Below are positions 14,425 to 26,984 of a stretch of 64,000 nt of DNA, one piece after another (positions within the stretch are counted from its first letter, which is position 1; each line of letters starts with the position of its first letter). The notes beneath the pieces are model-generated. The model saw only the letters and a list, made by a program, of their open reading frames with translations, was not told where the DNA came from and ran no database searches. This DNA comes from Anthoceros angustus (lineage: Eukaryota; Plantae; Anthocerotophyta). The position numbers were made by a program, and so were the translations under genes. The stretch lies in contig MU008203.1 in NCBI GenBank assembly GCA_010909165.1, forward strand, positions 62,001 through 126,000. Reading direction: 5' to 3'.

Positions 14425-14910
14425 GATGGAAGAGACAGAATTCTTGACGGTTGAATTGATATGCTGTAAAATAGTACCAATTTAGGCTTGCAACTTTGCG
14501 AACCTGGAGATTGTCTGGATACTACTCGACTTGAGGCAGAGCATCAGGAAGATCTGGCTGCTTGGACAATCAGCAGCGAACCAAACCAATCGGGACTGAA
14601 GGGACTTTCTCTAGATTTCCTATGAGCAGGAAGAGATGGTCTGCAGGTGAACTTTTTGGGACCAGCCCCGTGGGAAGTGCTTGCTGATTGTGCAAGTGGT
14701 GGTTCAGATTTCGGAACAACTGCTTCTTCGAAGATTGCATTGCCGCTAGATGCAGGTGCAATCGTTTCCTGTTGCTGAAGAACACTCGGCCCCCACCCGA
14801 GTTTCCCCCATCATAAGCTTGCCACAAGAGCAAGTCAGACAAGCAGCAGCAATGAGTCTCAGAACAGTACACCCACAAGCACGTTCCTTGAGATGGCCAA
14901 GTCGTCATTT
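14422..14910 (-). pseudogene. DGAT1: DGAT1 duplicate fragment (5' region and exon 1 plus patches of downstream introns/exons), frameshifted and internally deleted
   Basis: 14590-14910 aligns with 19545-19855 (PKSEPPLAQ...[20 protein letters not shown]). 14422-14585 matches patches at ~17762, ~17872, ~18236 and ~18303-18375. Confidence 0.8.
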
Positions 14911-14983
14911 TGGAGACCAGACATTGTTCCGAATGGTACAGGGTCGCTTTACGGCCAAATCGAAACGGTAGTCCTGCCTTGCT

Positions 14984-15909
14984 CTAACGCAAGCTCTGGT
15001 GCCACAGGTGATCCCACCTCTCCAGAAGCAGGTAGACGAATCCAACCACGGAAATTTCCACCACGAACAGGATGAAAAATATCTGCAAACAAGCACACCG
15101 AAAAATTTAGGCGAGTCTCAGGGAAGGATGTACGACTTCAGGGGCCATCTGAAATTCGCGGAGCGGGCTCTCACGTGTAGGCTGTCACCACTATCCCGCT
15201 CGTAGATCTTCAAGCCTTTGAAGATGGTATACCAGCCCAGGATGACCGACCCCGTACCCAGAAGCCAGTGTGTAAAATACCAACCTGCTCGCACAGGGGA
15301 GTATCTGCCATCGCCAAGTCCACACGCAGTCCAGACACGGTTAGACATTGCCGCCAATTCCCACAAGAGCGTACCACATTATTCATCTGCAGTACTCTTG
15401 CAGGAACCCACATTCGAGGTCGAGCTATGCCGATGATGAACTGCGCCCAGATGATGACAGCCAGCACGAATCCCACCTTAGAGTGGAGTGATTTCCAGAA
15501 CACCTCGAACTTAGCTATGGCAATCACAACCCCGGCGGTCGTCGCTGCCACTCCTACCACCTGGTAGAGTCACATTCAAAATGCTGATGTTTCAGATTCT
15601 AATTCTTCTCCTCTCACGCAGCAGAATTCCGAGAATTACCTGGAGGCCCGTGTGGATGCTGAGCCAGTGCTGCCTGAGACGCTGCTTGAAATACTTGGCG
15701 AAGATGATGCCGACGGGAAACACCAGCCCGAAAGCGAACCAGAGCAGGACCCCGTGGATCTGATACAACTTCCTGTCCGCACGTAACCCATAGCCGTCCG
15801 TGAAGAAAATTTTGCCATCTGCAGCAAGCGTGGGCTGAATGTGCGACAAAGCCGCTACCAGAAGCAGCGGTAATGCGAATGCGACACCGGTCTGTGAAAC
15901 TCGCTTCAT
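14984..15909 (-). CDS. Cytochrome b561 domain protein with N-terminal signal-like segment, 4 exons
   Basis: Spliced translation MKRVSQTG...LYQIHGVLLWFAFGLVFPVGIIFAKY...HTGLQ|VVGV...SLHSKVGFVL...RPR|..RAGWYFTHWLLGTG...|IFFILFVVEISVVGFVYLLLERWDHLWHQSLR*. Four heme-ligand His in TM helices; GT-AG introns. Confidence 0.85.
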
Positions 15910-16475
15910 CTCGATTCTCGAAATCTTCTCGATTCCTCGACTCCGGCGAGTGAATTCGGTAATGCCCTGTGAGATCCGGACATCGCCGTTGCTTAAATCG
16001 TGTGGCACAGCCGAGGCGGCCGAGAAGCTGCCCTGCAGATTCGCGAGGGCCTCGATCCACAGGGCGCCGTCTCCGCGTTCGGCCTGTCGTGATTATCGAT
16101 GAACAGCCAGGCCCCCAGGCTTGCTCATCAACGCGTTTTCACGTCTCAAAGTTCAAGCTCTGGAGAGAGACGAGCTCGCTGCCTGAAAAGGGCGCGGGTC
16201 CCACAATGTCTTGGCGGGAGCTGCGGCTTCTGTTGTTTTTGTAGTTGCTTCGGTTTCGGCTGCCGGCTTCCGGCAGGGTGGAGAGCGCGGGACTTGAGTG
16301 CGGTCGTAGCAGAAAAGAGAACATTCCTTACCCACGCTCTGGCTCGAGCCTCCTGTCCTTTGTGCCGTCCGAGGTTACGAGGCTATAAGGCGAGGTCCGG
16401 GGCTCCAGGCTAGGCTCTCCATATTTTCATTTTGGTTTAGAACAAATACAGTTCTGTTCAACCTAACATTCCCGT

Positions 16476-19400
16476 CTACAGTCTTCTCAAAGCTGCCGTC
16501 GAGCTCTGAGCGTGCTGCTGGTTGACGAAATCGTGGTAGTACAATAGGAGGCACATAGGCTGCCCGACTATGCAGAACAAGAACCAGAACACCATGTTCC
16601 CGAGCTGCAATCAAACATGTGGTCGGTGACCCGCAGAAGCCAGGGTTTCAGATCACGAAATGATGCACGAAAAGGCTTGTGCTTCCTTACCATTGCATTT
16701 GCAAATCTCTTTTGCAAGTACTTGGTGAGCACAATCAAAGGCACCTGCATCACGAGAAAAGTTGTAAGGTGACGTTGAATCGGAAGCTAAGGCCAGGCGA
16801 GGCAGACAGCGTGACTGAATGAAACATGAAACATACCTGCAACAAGATTCCAAGAAAAGCCCATCCTCGCACCATGTGGCAAGGGACTCCAACGCAGAGC
16901 TGCAACGATACAGAGTGTGTCCCAGTCAGGTGCAGAGATTGGCTAAGCTGGAATAAAGTCAGCGATTTTGTTGGCTGCGAAGAAGGAAGAGACCTACCTC
17001 ATGGAATACGCCTGAGACAGCAAATACGATGACTACTGCGAGTCCCTGCATTAAGAGAGCCTCCACTTTGTTGGTCACAAAAAGAGCAATGCGCTGGCTG
17101 CATGTTTGGCGGCAGGCATACTATGTAGGAATTTCAGGAACCGTGCATGCACAGTCTTGTTTTCCGCTACGAAAATGAAATCAGGTGCATTTGGAATGGT
17201 GAACAGATACCTGAGGAATCCCCAATCGAAGGCAAGGGAAGTAAATGTGGCGAACCAACCACCTATGTACTGGCTGCACCCAGCAGATTGTAGGTGGACT
17301 ATGTTAGTGATGTGAAGACCAAGTTCTGCTAGCTACTGCAGCTAATGGTTTGCACTGCAGCAAGGTGATTCACGTCTTCAGGTGGACAGAGTCTCACCAT
17401 ATTCCACATCCGCCAGTACTGTGAATTGTTGGCGCCACGAGACCACAGAGGCAACACACATCAGCGCACAACTGACAAGAAAAGGTGTAGGCAAAGTGCT
17501 AGTCTTAAGCAATGAAGATTTAGTATCAAAATATCCTCAATGTCTGGTTCTGGTGATAATATTAAGAAGCACTTACCTCTTCCACAGACTTTGCATTCCA
17601 CCAATCCTGGTAAAATTCTCGATCTCCAAACCTCGTGATCTCTGCTAGTATGTTCAGCCTGGAAACAGCTAAGGTGGAGTCTCATCTTAACAAGGAAGGA
17701 AACGTCGTATGAAAGGTTTGACAGAGAGCTATTTTGCATGGGACTGTGGCTAACGTTACCAGAGATGGAAGAGACAGTAGAACATGCAGAGCCAAACATA
17801 GAGGGTAGGGATGGATAGTTTCAGTATCCTCTCTATCGCATTGAGATAGTTGCCCTTCAAAGGGTGCTGTGAATTCTTGACAGTTGGGTTAACATACTGT
17901 AAAATGGCACCAATTTAGCTCCTCCTCACAAATGTAAGTGTCCTACCAGCCACTGAACGAGCTGCTGCACGGAAGAGCAAGAAAGAAAAACGAGATTGGA
18001 GTCGGACTTGGAAAGACTGTGAAGAAGCCTACCTGCTCTACAATGAACCCAGTTAGACCCAAGAAAATTAACAGCTTCACAGTTTGGCGGAGTATCCAGC
18101 CTGGACGGATCTCATCCGATTTTGGATAGCTGAGCTGAAACACATCTCAGCCTTGTTAGAACATCCCACAAAAAGAAAGCAGGATTAACCAAGCACATTG
18201 GGCACAGCGGTATCTTCAAGCTACTAGAAAGGCTGCCAGCTTTGCGAACCTGGTATGACAATGTTGGTGCAACCATGAAGTAGCCTATGTTCTCCAGTGT
18301 AAGATTGTCTGGATACTCAACTTGAGGCAGATCAGCAGGAAGATCTGGCTGCTTGCACAGTCAGCAACGAACCGAAGCACACATTAACACACTGATATGT
18401 ACCAGAACAATAGCACCTTATGCAAATCCTGCTTTCCAAAGCATGCCTGTGCAATCATCACTTATTTTTATTCCAGACGTAGAGGTGAACCAACAATGTC
18501 AACATAACAAAATTAAGAGAGAGATAAGGTGACTTCCACAAAGAGACTAAGATAAACCAAGGTAACGAACTACCTTCAGCCCTTCGGACTTCAGAGCTCG
18601 AACATCAAAGTTTGTATGTGCATAGGAGACCAGCTTCATCCAAGTGGTTACTGCAAGGAGGATGAGCATGAAACAAAACAGAAGAGCCGATTGAACCCTG
18701 CAATCAAAGCAGCACCATTTGTTGGAGCTGATCCAATATCCGACACATAAACATTGGGATACTCTCTACAGATAAGTCCTTTTGGCACGGTCATGAACAG
18801 TTAACTACCAAACATACCTGAAAATCACATATGATGGGTACAAAATGGAGGTAGAGGTTATGGCTGCGTGGGCGAGGGCTATGATCTGCAGTACGGTGAT
18901 CAGAAGCAAGTCACTTAGTGAATTGATCACGAAGCTAAAGCTCATGGTTGACATACCTGCTCTGGAATAATTGGATACCGAGCTTTCAGCTTTTCCACCA
19001 CCAGGGCACACAACGGAAAGATTGCGAGGCTTACACTGTACAAGATCACGCCTGGCTTGTTAAAACAGATCTACCAACTGATAATGCCCATGAGTCACTT
19101 GAGATCAGAAGTTTTGAGTTGGTGTTGTACCCACACATGAAAAGGGGCCAATCCCTCAGGGACTTGGAGCTGAACCAGAAACCAGACTGGATGAGGATCC
19201 CATACTGCAAAAAGGAGCACATTCAAACATCTCAACCCACCACGATGACAAGAATGTTGCAACTGACATTAAAGTTTAGCATCGACAGTTCCACTTTACA
19301 GCTGAGGCACAAATTACAATGCCTAAGGAGACGAGGACATACCTTCATCACGTTTTCAATGATCAGCCTGGAATTTACAGCCACAAGGATGACTACACAT

Positions 19401-19766
19401 AAGTTGAACAGACCTGCATGGCTCTGCAGCCTTGCAATGAGTCAGCATTAAAACAAAACTGATTTTAGTAGCGCAGGGTGCGCAATTGCAGAAAAAGGTC
19501 AGTTGCAGCAACCAAAGAAAAGCTGGCACCTGTTTAAAAATTGCATCGGAACTGAGGGGACTCTCCCTAGATTTCCTATGAGCAGGAAGAGACGGTCTAA
19601 AGGTGAACTTCTTGGGACCATCCCCATGGGAACTGCTTGCCGGTTGTGCAAGTGGTGGTTCAGATTTCGGGATAACTTCTTCGACGGTGGCCTTGTCACT
19701 GGATGCAGATGCAGTCTTTTCCTGTTGCTGAAGACCACTCTCCCCCTCCCGAGTTTCCTCCATCAT
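16476..19766 (-). CDS. DGAT1: Diacylglycerol O-acyltransferase 1 (MBOAT family), multi-exon
   Basis: Exons read: [24 protein letters not shown]|[27 protein letters not shown]|[24 protein letters not shown]; [22 protein letters not shown]; [12 protein letters not shown]; [15 protein letters not shown]; [25 protein letters not shown]...RRL*. Start taken at MMEETRE (19766). Confidence 0.95.
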
Positions 19767-20989
19767 AAGCTCCCAACAGCAATTCACACAAGTCTCCCAA
19801 GCAGCAGCAATGAGTACACCCACAAGCACCGTCAATGAGATGGCCACGTCGTGAATGCCGACATATCGTAGAACAGACAAGAGCTTCCCTTCACCCCCAG
19901 GAAACTTCGGGGTTCCACCTTGCAGAGGTCCCCACCCAACCAGCGCCAGACACCGTCGCCAGACCTGGGGACAGCTCCACGGAAGCTTAGTCAACCTACA
20001 GAAGCCTATCTGCCCTGCCAATCTGTATGTGAGACAATCCCTGGATGCTGGAGCTGCATACCACTCCAGGAGACCACCTAAACGTAAGACTACTGGTGAA
20101 CCCCGAACGAAGAGAGGGTGAACAGCTGCTCTTTAGCCCTGCAGCAACATACGATAAAAGACGTCAGAATAGGACAGCAAATTTCATCACCTAGCAGAGG
20201 AAACGCATCCTCAGTCTCTCGTCTCTCACACATCTTTGATGGGTCGGGTGCTGCATAATTAGACATGGTTTACACATGATTCACCTTTGCGGAAAGACAA
20301 ACTACCACAGCATTTTGCTACAAATTGCAACAAATTGTTCCCACATGAGCAGCATACGCTATGGTCACTGTCTAACTCTATACAGTGAACTCGTTACCTG
20401 AAGTGCTGCAAGAGCCTTGCTCAGATTACAGGTAGCGGGAACCACGTGTGCCAATTCTAGTTGATGGGGGAAACCTAGACACGTAGATCTGAAGGACCGA
20501 GTTTTCTTACTAAAATTCCCAGCAATTGCTAAAGTAGACGCGACACGAAAGCATTGGCCCAGAATTCGTGCTTGGAAAGCTGTGAAATTTCCTCGTCGTT
20601 TTGGCCTTGGTTGGTCACAGAATGCTGATGAGCGTGGCACACCGGCAAAGGCTGTGTCCGACCGCATGACGTGCTTAGATTGCTTGGGAACGTGATTGGA
20701 TTCGAGTCTGGAAAAACCCGGCATTGATGTATTCTGCAATTCCTGTCATCGCTAAATTTATATCGAAGCGTAGGTGCAGGATGCGGCGAAGAAAAGTATG
20801 TAGTGTTGAATCGTAAGCAAGACTGTGGCAGCATCTCTTCGGCAAGCAGCTTAATCATGATAGAGTATGAAGTTGATAGAGAAAAGGGGGGTGGTTAGAC
20901 TGCCAGGAGCTTTCAGATCACTTGTCCTGGTAAAAAAGGGCAATTTCTCGACGAGACTATCTCCTGTAACAACCACCCTGCAATGCTGG

Positions 20990-23900
20990 TCACAGACGTT
21001 TTGAGACTTTCAACAAGAAGGCCTCATCTTCTTGGAAGTTCTGAATGTTCTTGAGGCGCAACCAGTAGTCTACAGCATCCTGGTGGAACCGGCCACTGTG
21101 GTACAAGATGAGGAGAAATTCTTGTAATTCCTGTGCCACATGAGGACATTCCCCAGCTACACCATAAGCCAATGCCTTCACAAGTTGGCTTGCGAATAGG
21201 AGCTGATCTGGCATGCCTAGGTTCTCCACCTTCTTGTGCCCCAGGTACAAAAGTTGAACTGGTCTTGCTGAACCCTCCCAGTGAACCATCTGGTCTTGGG
21301 AAACCATATAGCGCTTCCCTATCCCACCCTGCAGTAAATGCTTGAGATGATAGGGAGAGTTCATCTCGTACTCGGTTACTTCAACCAAAGACTGCATCAT
21401 CTGATGTCTCCTGGAAATATCGAGTTTATGCTCTGGCTGAGACAAGAACGCCAGAACTGCTGAAAGGAGACTCTTAGTCACCAGGCCCTGCTCTATGGTA
21501 ACCCTGCTTGGCACTGGACCAGGTGTTGGCCGGGAAGAGATCTCTGAGACAACGCTGTCGCGGAGGCTCCGTACACCCATCCCGGAGTAGAGGAGGTACA
21601 GGTTGTCTCGGTTCAGAGTTGCGGAAGATCTGGGAATCCACACTACCTTGGGGCGTTCATTTTCGCCCCGGGAGAAAGCATGGACAAGTTCCAGGCTGTC
21701 GGGTAAGAAGGTTTCACTTGCAGGTGCAAGTTCCAAGTCAGCCCCTGCAATCTCTCCAGCGTATACGAAGGGAACTCGAGCATTTTGCAGGAAAGTTTCG
21801 CGGACCCCAGACTCGCATTTATACCAATCGTCGGTGATTGCTCGCCACACTATCTCAACAAAATGGCGTGTTACCTTCCCACAGGTTTCAGAATTCCCAA
21901 GCCAGAGGTCGCAGTGATGCTTCACCGTCGGCACTTTGGGAACATGTAGAACCGTTTGAAAGAAGGTAAGGAGCTCTGTATCTGTGTACACCTTATCAAG
22001 AACCGGCATATGCTCACCAAAGAAGGCACTGGGGTCAGAGATGGTGCAGCTCTCCACCGTCATCCAACTTCCCGGAGGCACCCATACTGTTTTCAAGGCA
22101 TCATCCTTTGACCACGGTTTCCATCCCCACTTTTGCAGACATGTGTAAAACCTAATAGCAACATCTAGATTGAGTTCACCTCCAGATGACTGGGAAAGTT
22201 CCACAAGATGTTTTGCCACCACCCTGGCTTTGTCTGCATTTTCCAGTGCTACCCCTATGGCTTGAAGTGGTTTTCGGAAGCCTAAGAGCTCATTCCCGTA
22301 TCCAGCACAGCTCACCATTGGAACATCAGAGGCCAGAAGTAACTCGTCTTGCTCGCTGTAAAAAACGCAAGAAGTTGGTAGTGTACGTCCATGATTATCT
22401 GTCTTCATCCAAGGCCAGGATTGGATACTTGAAAGAAACGCCTTGGGCAATTCTCCGTGTGATTGAGTATTTATCCATTCAAACAAGAGCAAGGCACATC
22501 TCCTCTCCACCAACGTTTTGGATACATCTGGCAGTGGTAAATTACCTATCGGTAATATCGGAAGATCTTTAGCGTGGAGCATGCTTTCCAGGAACTGCTT
22601 CATGGAAGAGGAAGAAACATTTGTCTTGTCAGGATTCAAGTAGTCATCCGACAACACCATCATGTGAGAGCTCCACGAATCATCCACGATAAGATCACTC
22701 CACTTGCTACCTTGATGAGGCTGAGCAACGACACTTCGGCTACTCACAAGTCTGACAAGGCCATGCCTGTCAACAGCGGGAAGCTCAGCCTCTGAACATG
22801 CAGTCACATCTAGGGCTGTGAGCTGGCCAGCTTCCAGACAGTGACATAGGAAACCGGTCAAGAGAAGCACCAAATGTGGGCTGCGATTACCTTTCGCTGA
22901 CGCTATCAGCTGCTTAGCAAACTGAGAAACAGTAAGCTCTGTCAGGTGTGCTGTGTTGTAGAACCAGCGTTCTATATTCGCGTATCTGCGGTCGCGTAGA
23001 GCATGAACCACATCTGCTGGCAAGAAGTATAGCTTTGTCCACAAAGCGAAACAACCGGTCCAGTTGCTCAACCATCTTTCAACCTCTGGAGCAGATCTGA
23101 ATATTTTCCTATGCGTCATTTTCTGTTCCTCCAAGGATATCAATTGAAATGTGTCTCCTGCATTCTGCAGACAACGGAGCAGGGGAATCCTGTACAACGC
23201 TCCAGCTGATGATGTACAGGAACCCATGTAATCAGCAACGTAACCCAAAACGTCGAGGTAGAGGCTGGTGCTGAGCTTCTCCAGCCATCCAGGAGAGGAA
23301 ATGCACGAAGCATACTCTTGTTGCGACATGTGCCCCACATTCATGTCGTCCATAGCACTTGCATACCTGTCCTGCACATTCTTATTCACAATGAACAAGG
23401 CACCCGAATGTGACAATAAACTCGGAGGCGGAACACTCTCTTCATTAGAGCGCCCCAAAATGCTACGGAAATTCGCATTGATCATACGTGCAGCAGAAGG
23501 TCTGCAGAACAGTTTCCTGCCACTGGAACCAACATCCTGCGAGCATAAGACGAATTCCCCATTGCGAAGTTCGTTTATGATGGACAATCTGACAGTTTCC
23601 AGTACAGGAACAGGGGACGCTTGAACAGGAACGAAACTATATGCATCCTCCACTTCCAAGGGAGCAATTGCGGCTCGATCAAGCGTCCTTTTCTGCAACA
23701 GGACATCAAAGGCCCTGAGAAAGGCTTTTGGAATGCAGCCTAAAATTCCCTGATTCCATGGGCTGTCAAAGAGCATGGTCTCCCGGGAAGCCACAAGCAG
23801 AAAATCAGAGTTGATTAGGAAGGGCAATTTCGACCTCAACTCTGTGGGTAGGAAAGCAAACACATCTCCAGATTGAGCGAATCCTTCCACCACAATGCGT

Positions 23901-25062
23901 TGCACGCAAGGGAAGGCCAGAGTCACCACCCATGAATCAACCTCTCTTCTGCTTTCGACGACATGCTGATTGTCGACAGGAAATGATTCCTGGTAGAGAA
24001 AATACTTACCAGACTGGACGACTTTACCGCCTTTCTGCACAGACAATGTCGCGGTGACTGTCAGCATCGGCAGACCTTGGAATACCCAAGTCCGCCCGTC
24101 CTCCCGGACGATGCTGAATTCACCTTGACCTCGAGTTGCATCGAACTCATTCCTGATGCTTATTTTCCTGAGGTGCTTGATGAAGAGGATCGTCTCCGGG
24201 GATATCTGCTGTAGCTGTGTCTGGACGGCCTGGACTTTGGTGTCCTTCAAAGGCAGCACCAAAACTGTGGTGGGTAGGCTAACACCACCGTGGTACACAT
24301 TGTCGAGAACCGCGTTCGTCGGATGTCGGGTCCATTCTGGCACCACATAGCCCACACCGGCTTCTGGATGTGGACGCTCGTCGAAGCGGATGCGGTATCC
24401 ATTGCTGATTATGTGAGGGCTTTGAGTCACAAGAAAGACACTCTTGAATCCTATACCTGCAGGGAGCACAGCCGGGTTGGGACTGAATCAGCATACAGGG
24501 ATGTAGGCGCCGTAAGGATCAGGATACAGCGAGAGCGCTCAAGAAGTAGTCTTATACTGTAATGTCACAAGCTGTTAAAGTACAGCGCTCTCACCCTTTT
24601 CTCCAATGTAACCACTTTTCCTCTTTCCTTTCTTCGTGGACGCTCCAACGCCACAAATGGCCTTGATGTTGGATTCCACAAAACCCACTTCATTGTTGAA
24701 CAGGCACAACGTAGCAGAAGCACCAAGCCCAGTGACATCGGTCTTGGTTAGAACCAGCTCCAATGTCGGCCGTGATCCATCAGGATAAGCATTGTCTTCA
24801 GCATTCTGCACACCTCATCGGAAGTCCCCCGTCAGCTACTCTGAGAGGAACTCGACATGGCATTGTGGTGCCAAGTGGCCAATCATACCTGGATGAGCTC
24901 CGAGATGAAGTGGATATCCTTCTGATACAAAGCCACAGAGAGCTGTTTGATGGCCTCGTTATAGTCTTCTGCCAGGGGATTTCGTTGCAAAGCTCCGATG
25001 CTGAATTTAACTCGTCGCAGCTCCTTCACGAACTCCTCACGGGCGGTGGCCGTGGTAGCCAT
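20990..25062 (-). CDS. Sacsin/NO VEIN-like GHKL (Bergerat-fold) ATPase protein, ~1283 aa, 3 exons (25062-24889, 24805-24595, 24456-20990)
   Basis: LYQKDIHFISELIQ|NAEDN (motif I), NNEVGF, STKKG...YIGEKG|IGFKSVF (G-box), later LPFLINSDFLL and WNQGIL, typical of the sacsin/NOV N-terminal region. Frame is preserved across both introns. Confidence 0.88.
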
Positions 25063-26244
25063 ACCTTGGACCCAAGATTGAAGAAACTTCCAGTAGCAAC
25101 TCCTTGCCAAGCTTCCGGAATCGATCACCCAAAACAACAAAGTGGGCACACAAACGGGCAGGCTAAATGCTACTCCAAGCTGAGCTACATCATGCATCAC
25201 AGACAGCTGTAACAAACCAGCGAATGTTGTTGGAGCCGTTGCCTGTCCGAGTACAAAGGAGTAAGTGCGAAGCGTATGGGATTCCTCCTGACTCTCCTCC
25301 CGAGGCAGAAGGCCGGAGGCAGGAGGCAGGAGATCACCGGTCTCGGTCTCGGCACCATGCCGTCAGCGACCGAACTCCATACCATGCTTCCATGTCTCCA
25401 TGGCCAACTGTCCAGGCAAACATGTCGCCCCATCCCTCGTCAGAGCCAAGGTGCGCCCACGGATGGCAAAATTTCTATCTCCCGAGTCCCGAGTCCGAGG
25501 ATGCTTACGCGGCCGCACCTTGGCATGGATGCCTCATGATGGGTGTACATATTTGCGTACAAGGGAGACCGGAAGATGGGGGTTATTAATCGGTAGAGGC
25601 TTCGCATTTACTTCGCATTTGTTTGTGAGAGGTGACTTCATCATGGTCATGCAACGGTTTTGCTGAGTTGCTGCACCTGCCAGCACGGAATCACATTAAT
25701 AAGCAAATTAGCCGCGGCCCGCAACAGTCTCACATGCCAACACGGAATCACATTAGTTGGCCGAATCAGCCGCCGCCGGCATTAGCCTCCACACTAAGGT
25801 TTTATGCACGGACCGGACAGTTGGAGATGCATCCTCGAATAGTAATATCTAAGTCTTTTAATATGAAGAGTAGATGTTATTAATAGGCGAGATGGGAAAT
25901 TCCATTATCCCTCAAGTCCGAGGAGGAACAACCCAAAAAGGGCTAATAGTAAAAGGGGAAGTCCTAGTCTCCTCGGCCGTCGCCTATTCTTCACAAACGA
26001 TTGATGGCAAAGGACGACAGACCTCGACCATTGAGCCCCGTCCGTGCGGCTCTCTCTCTCTTACACACATCAAACCGGACCGAGGGCCTGCACAGACCGA
26101 GCAGCACGGCCCGCGGCAGTTATCTCCCCGCCTCACTACCGCGCCGCTGCCCTACCGTGCCAATTTTGATCGCCTCCACAGCAATGCTCAATGTCCTTAG
26201 CAAATATTTTCGCGGTTGAGGAGGTTCGTTCATTCGATTAAGGC

Positions 26245-26761
26245 ATGTCTTCACACAAGACTGCCACTGTAGCTGATTTAATTGCAGCAAGGAATGCTGG
26301 GGATGAGCTACAATTTGTCAGAGCGACGGTTGTGGTGGTATCATAGGACAGTGATGACTTTGTGCTATACGAGGGTTGTGCAAGTTGCCACGAGCTGCGT
26401 ATGGCGGATCACCGTGGTTTGCAATCTGCAACAAGGAAGCTGCTATTTCGTTTTCGGTTGATAGTGGGGGATGGCACGGCAAAGACACTGGTGGTTGCTT
26501 TTGATTCTACACAAGACTTTCTTCACCGGTCTGCTACTGAATATATATAGTCTGTTGGAGGTGAGCGGTCAAGCTACTATACTCCTTGATCAATTGGTGG
26601 GACGGAGATTTTGCTGCAAGTTCAGCATTGTCCATCCCAAAAACGGGAGGCAATTGTTTATAAGGGTGGACACGGCAGATGCCATTGGTCGTCGACAATT
26701 ATTCCATGACATGCCTGTTGTGAATCCAACCACACCACTACACCAACGCATTCGGATGTGA
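26245..26761 (+). pseudogene. RPA1 C-terminal (DBD-C)-like OB-fold ORF inside the MULE, one stop and one frameshift
   Basis: MSSHKTATVADLIAARNAGDELQFVRATVVVVS*DSDDFVLYEGCASCHELR...LFRFRLIVGDGTAKTLVVAFDSTQDFLHRSATEY / LLDQLVGRRFCCKF resembles the pattern Y.aC..C...rY.l...v.D.tg......Fd...e.llg.sa.el....l..l.G..f.f. Confidence 0.6.
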
Positions 26762-26984
26762 TAGAATTGCATACAAGTCCAGTAGCTACACCAATGCAGG
26801 TTGATGCAGGCAACAGTAGAGAATTTATTTCGGTAGCTACACAGGTGATAAATTCGAACATGTTTGCACTTGGATTCACATTGGGATTTATGTTGGGTGC
26901 AGTAAAGCAGCTGCCCCACTAGTTCTAGACAGATATATCAAGCTAGTGAACTGAGATGCACCCCACTTGTGTACAAGTTTACAC

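Noticed and set aside
21133-24562. Numerous short ORFs overlapping the large genes (also across 32182-34948, 39293-40105, 45612-47158)
   Set aside because: Antisense or alternate-frame shadows of long coding exons.
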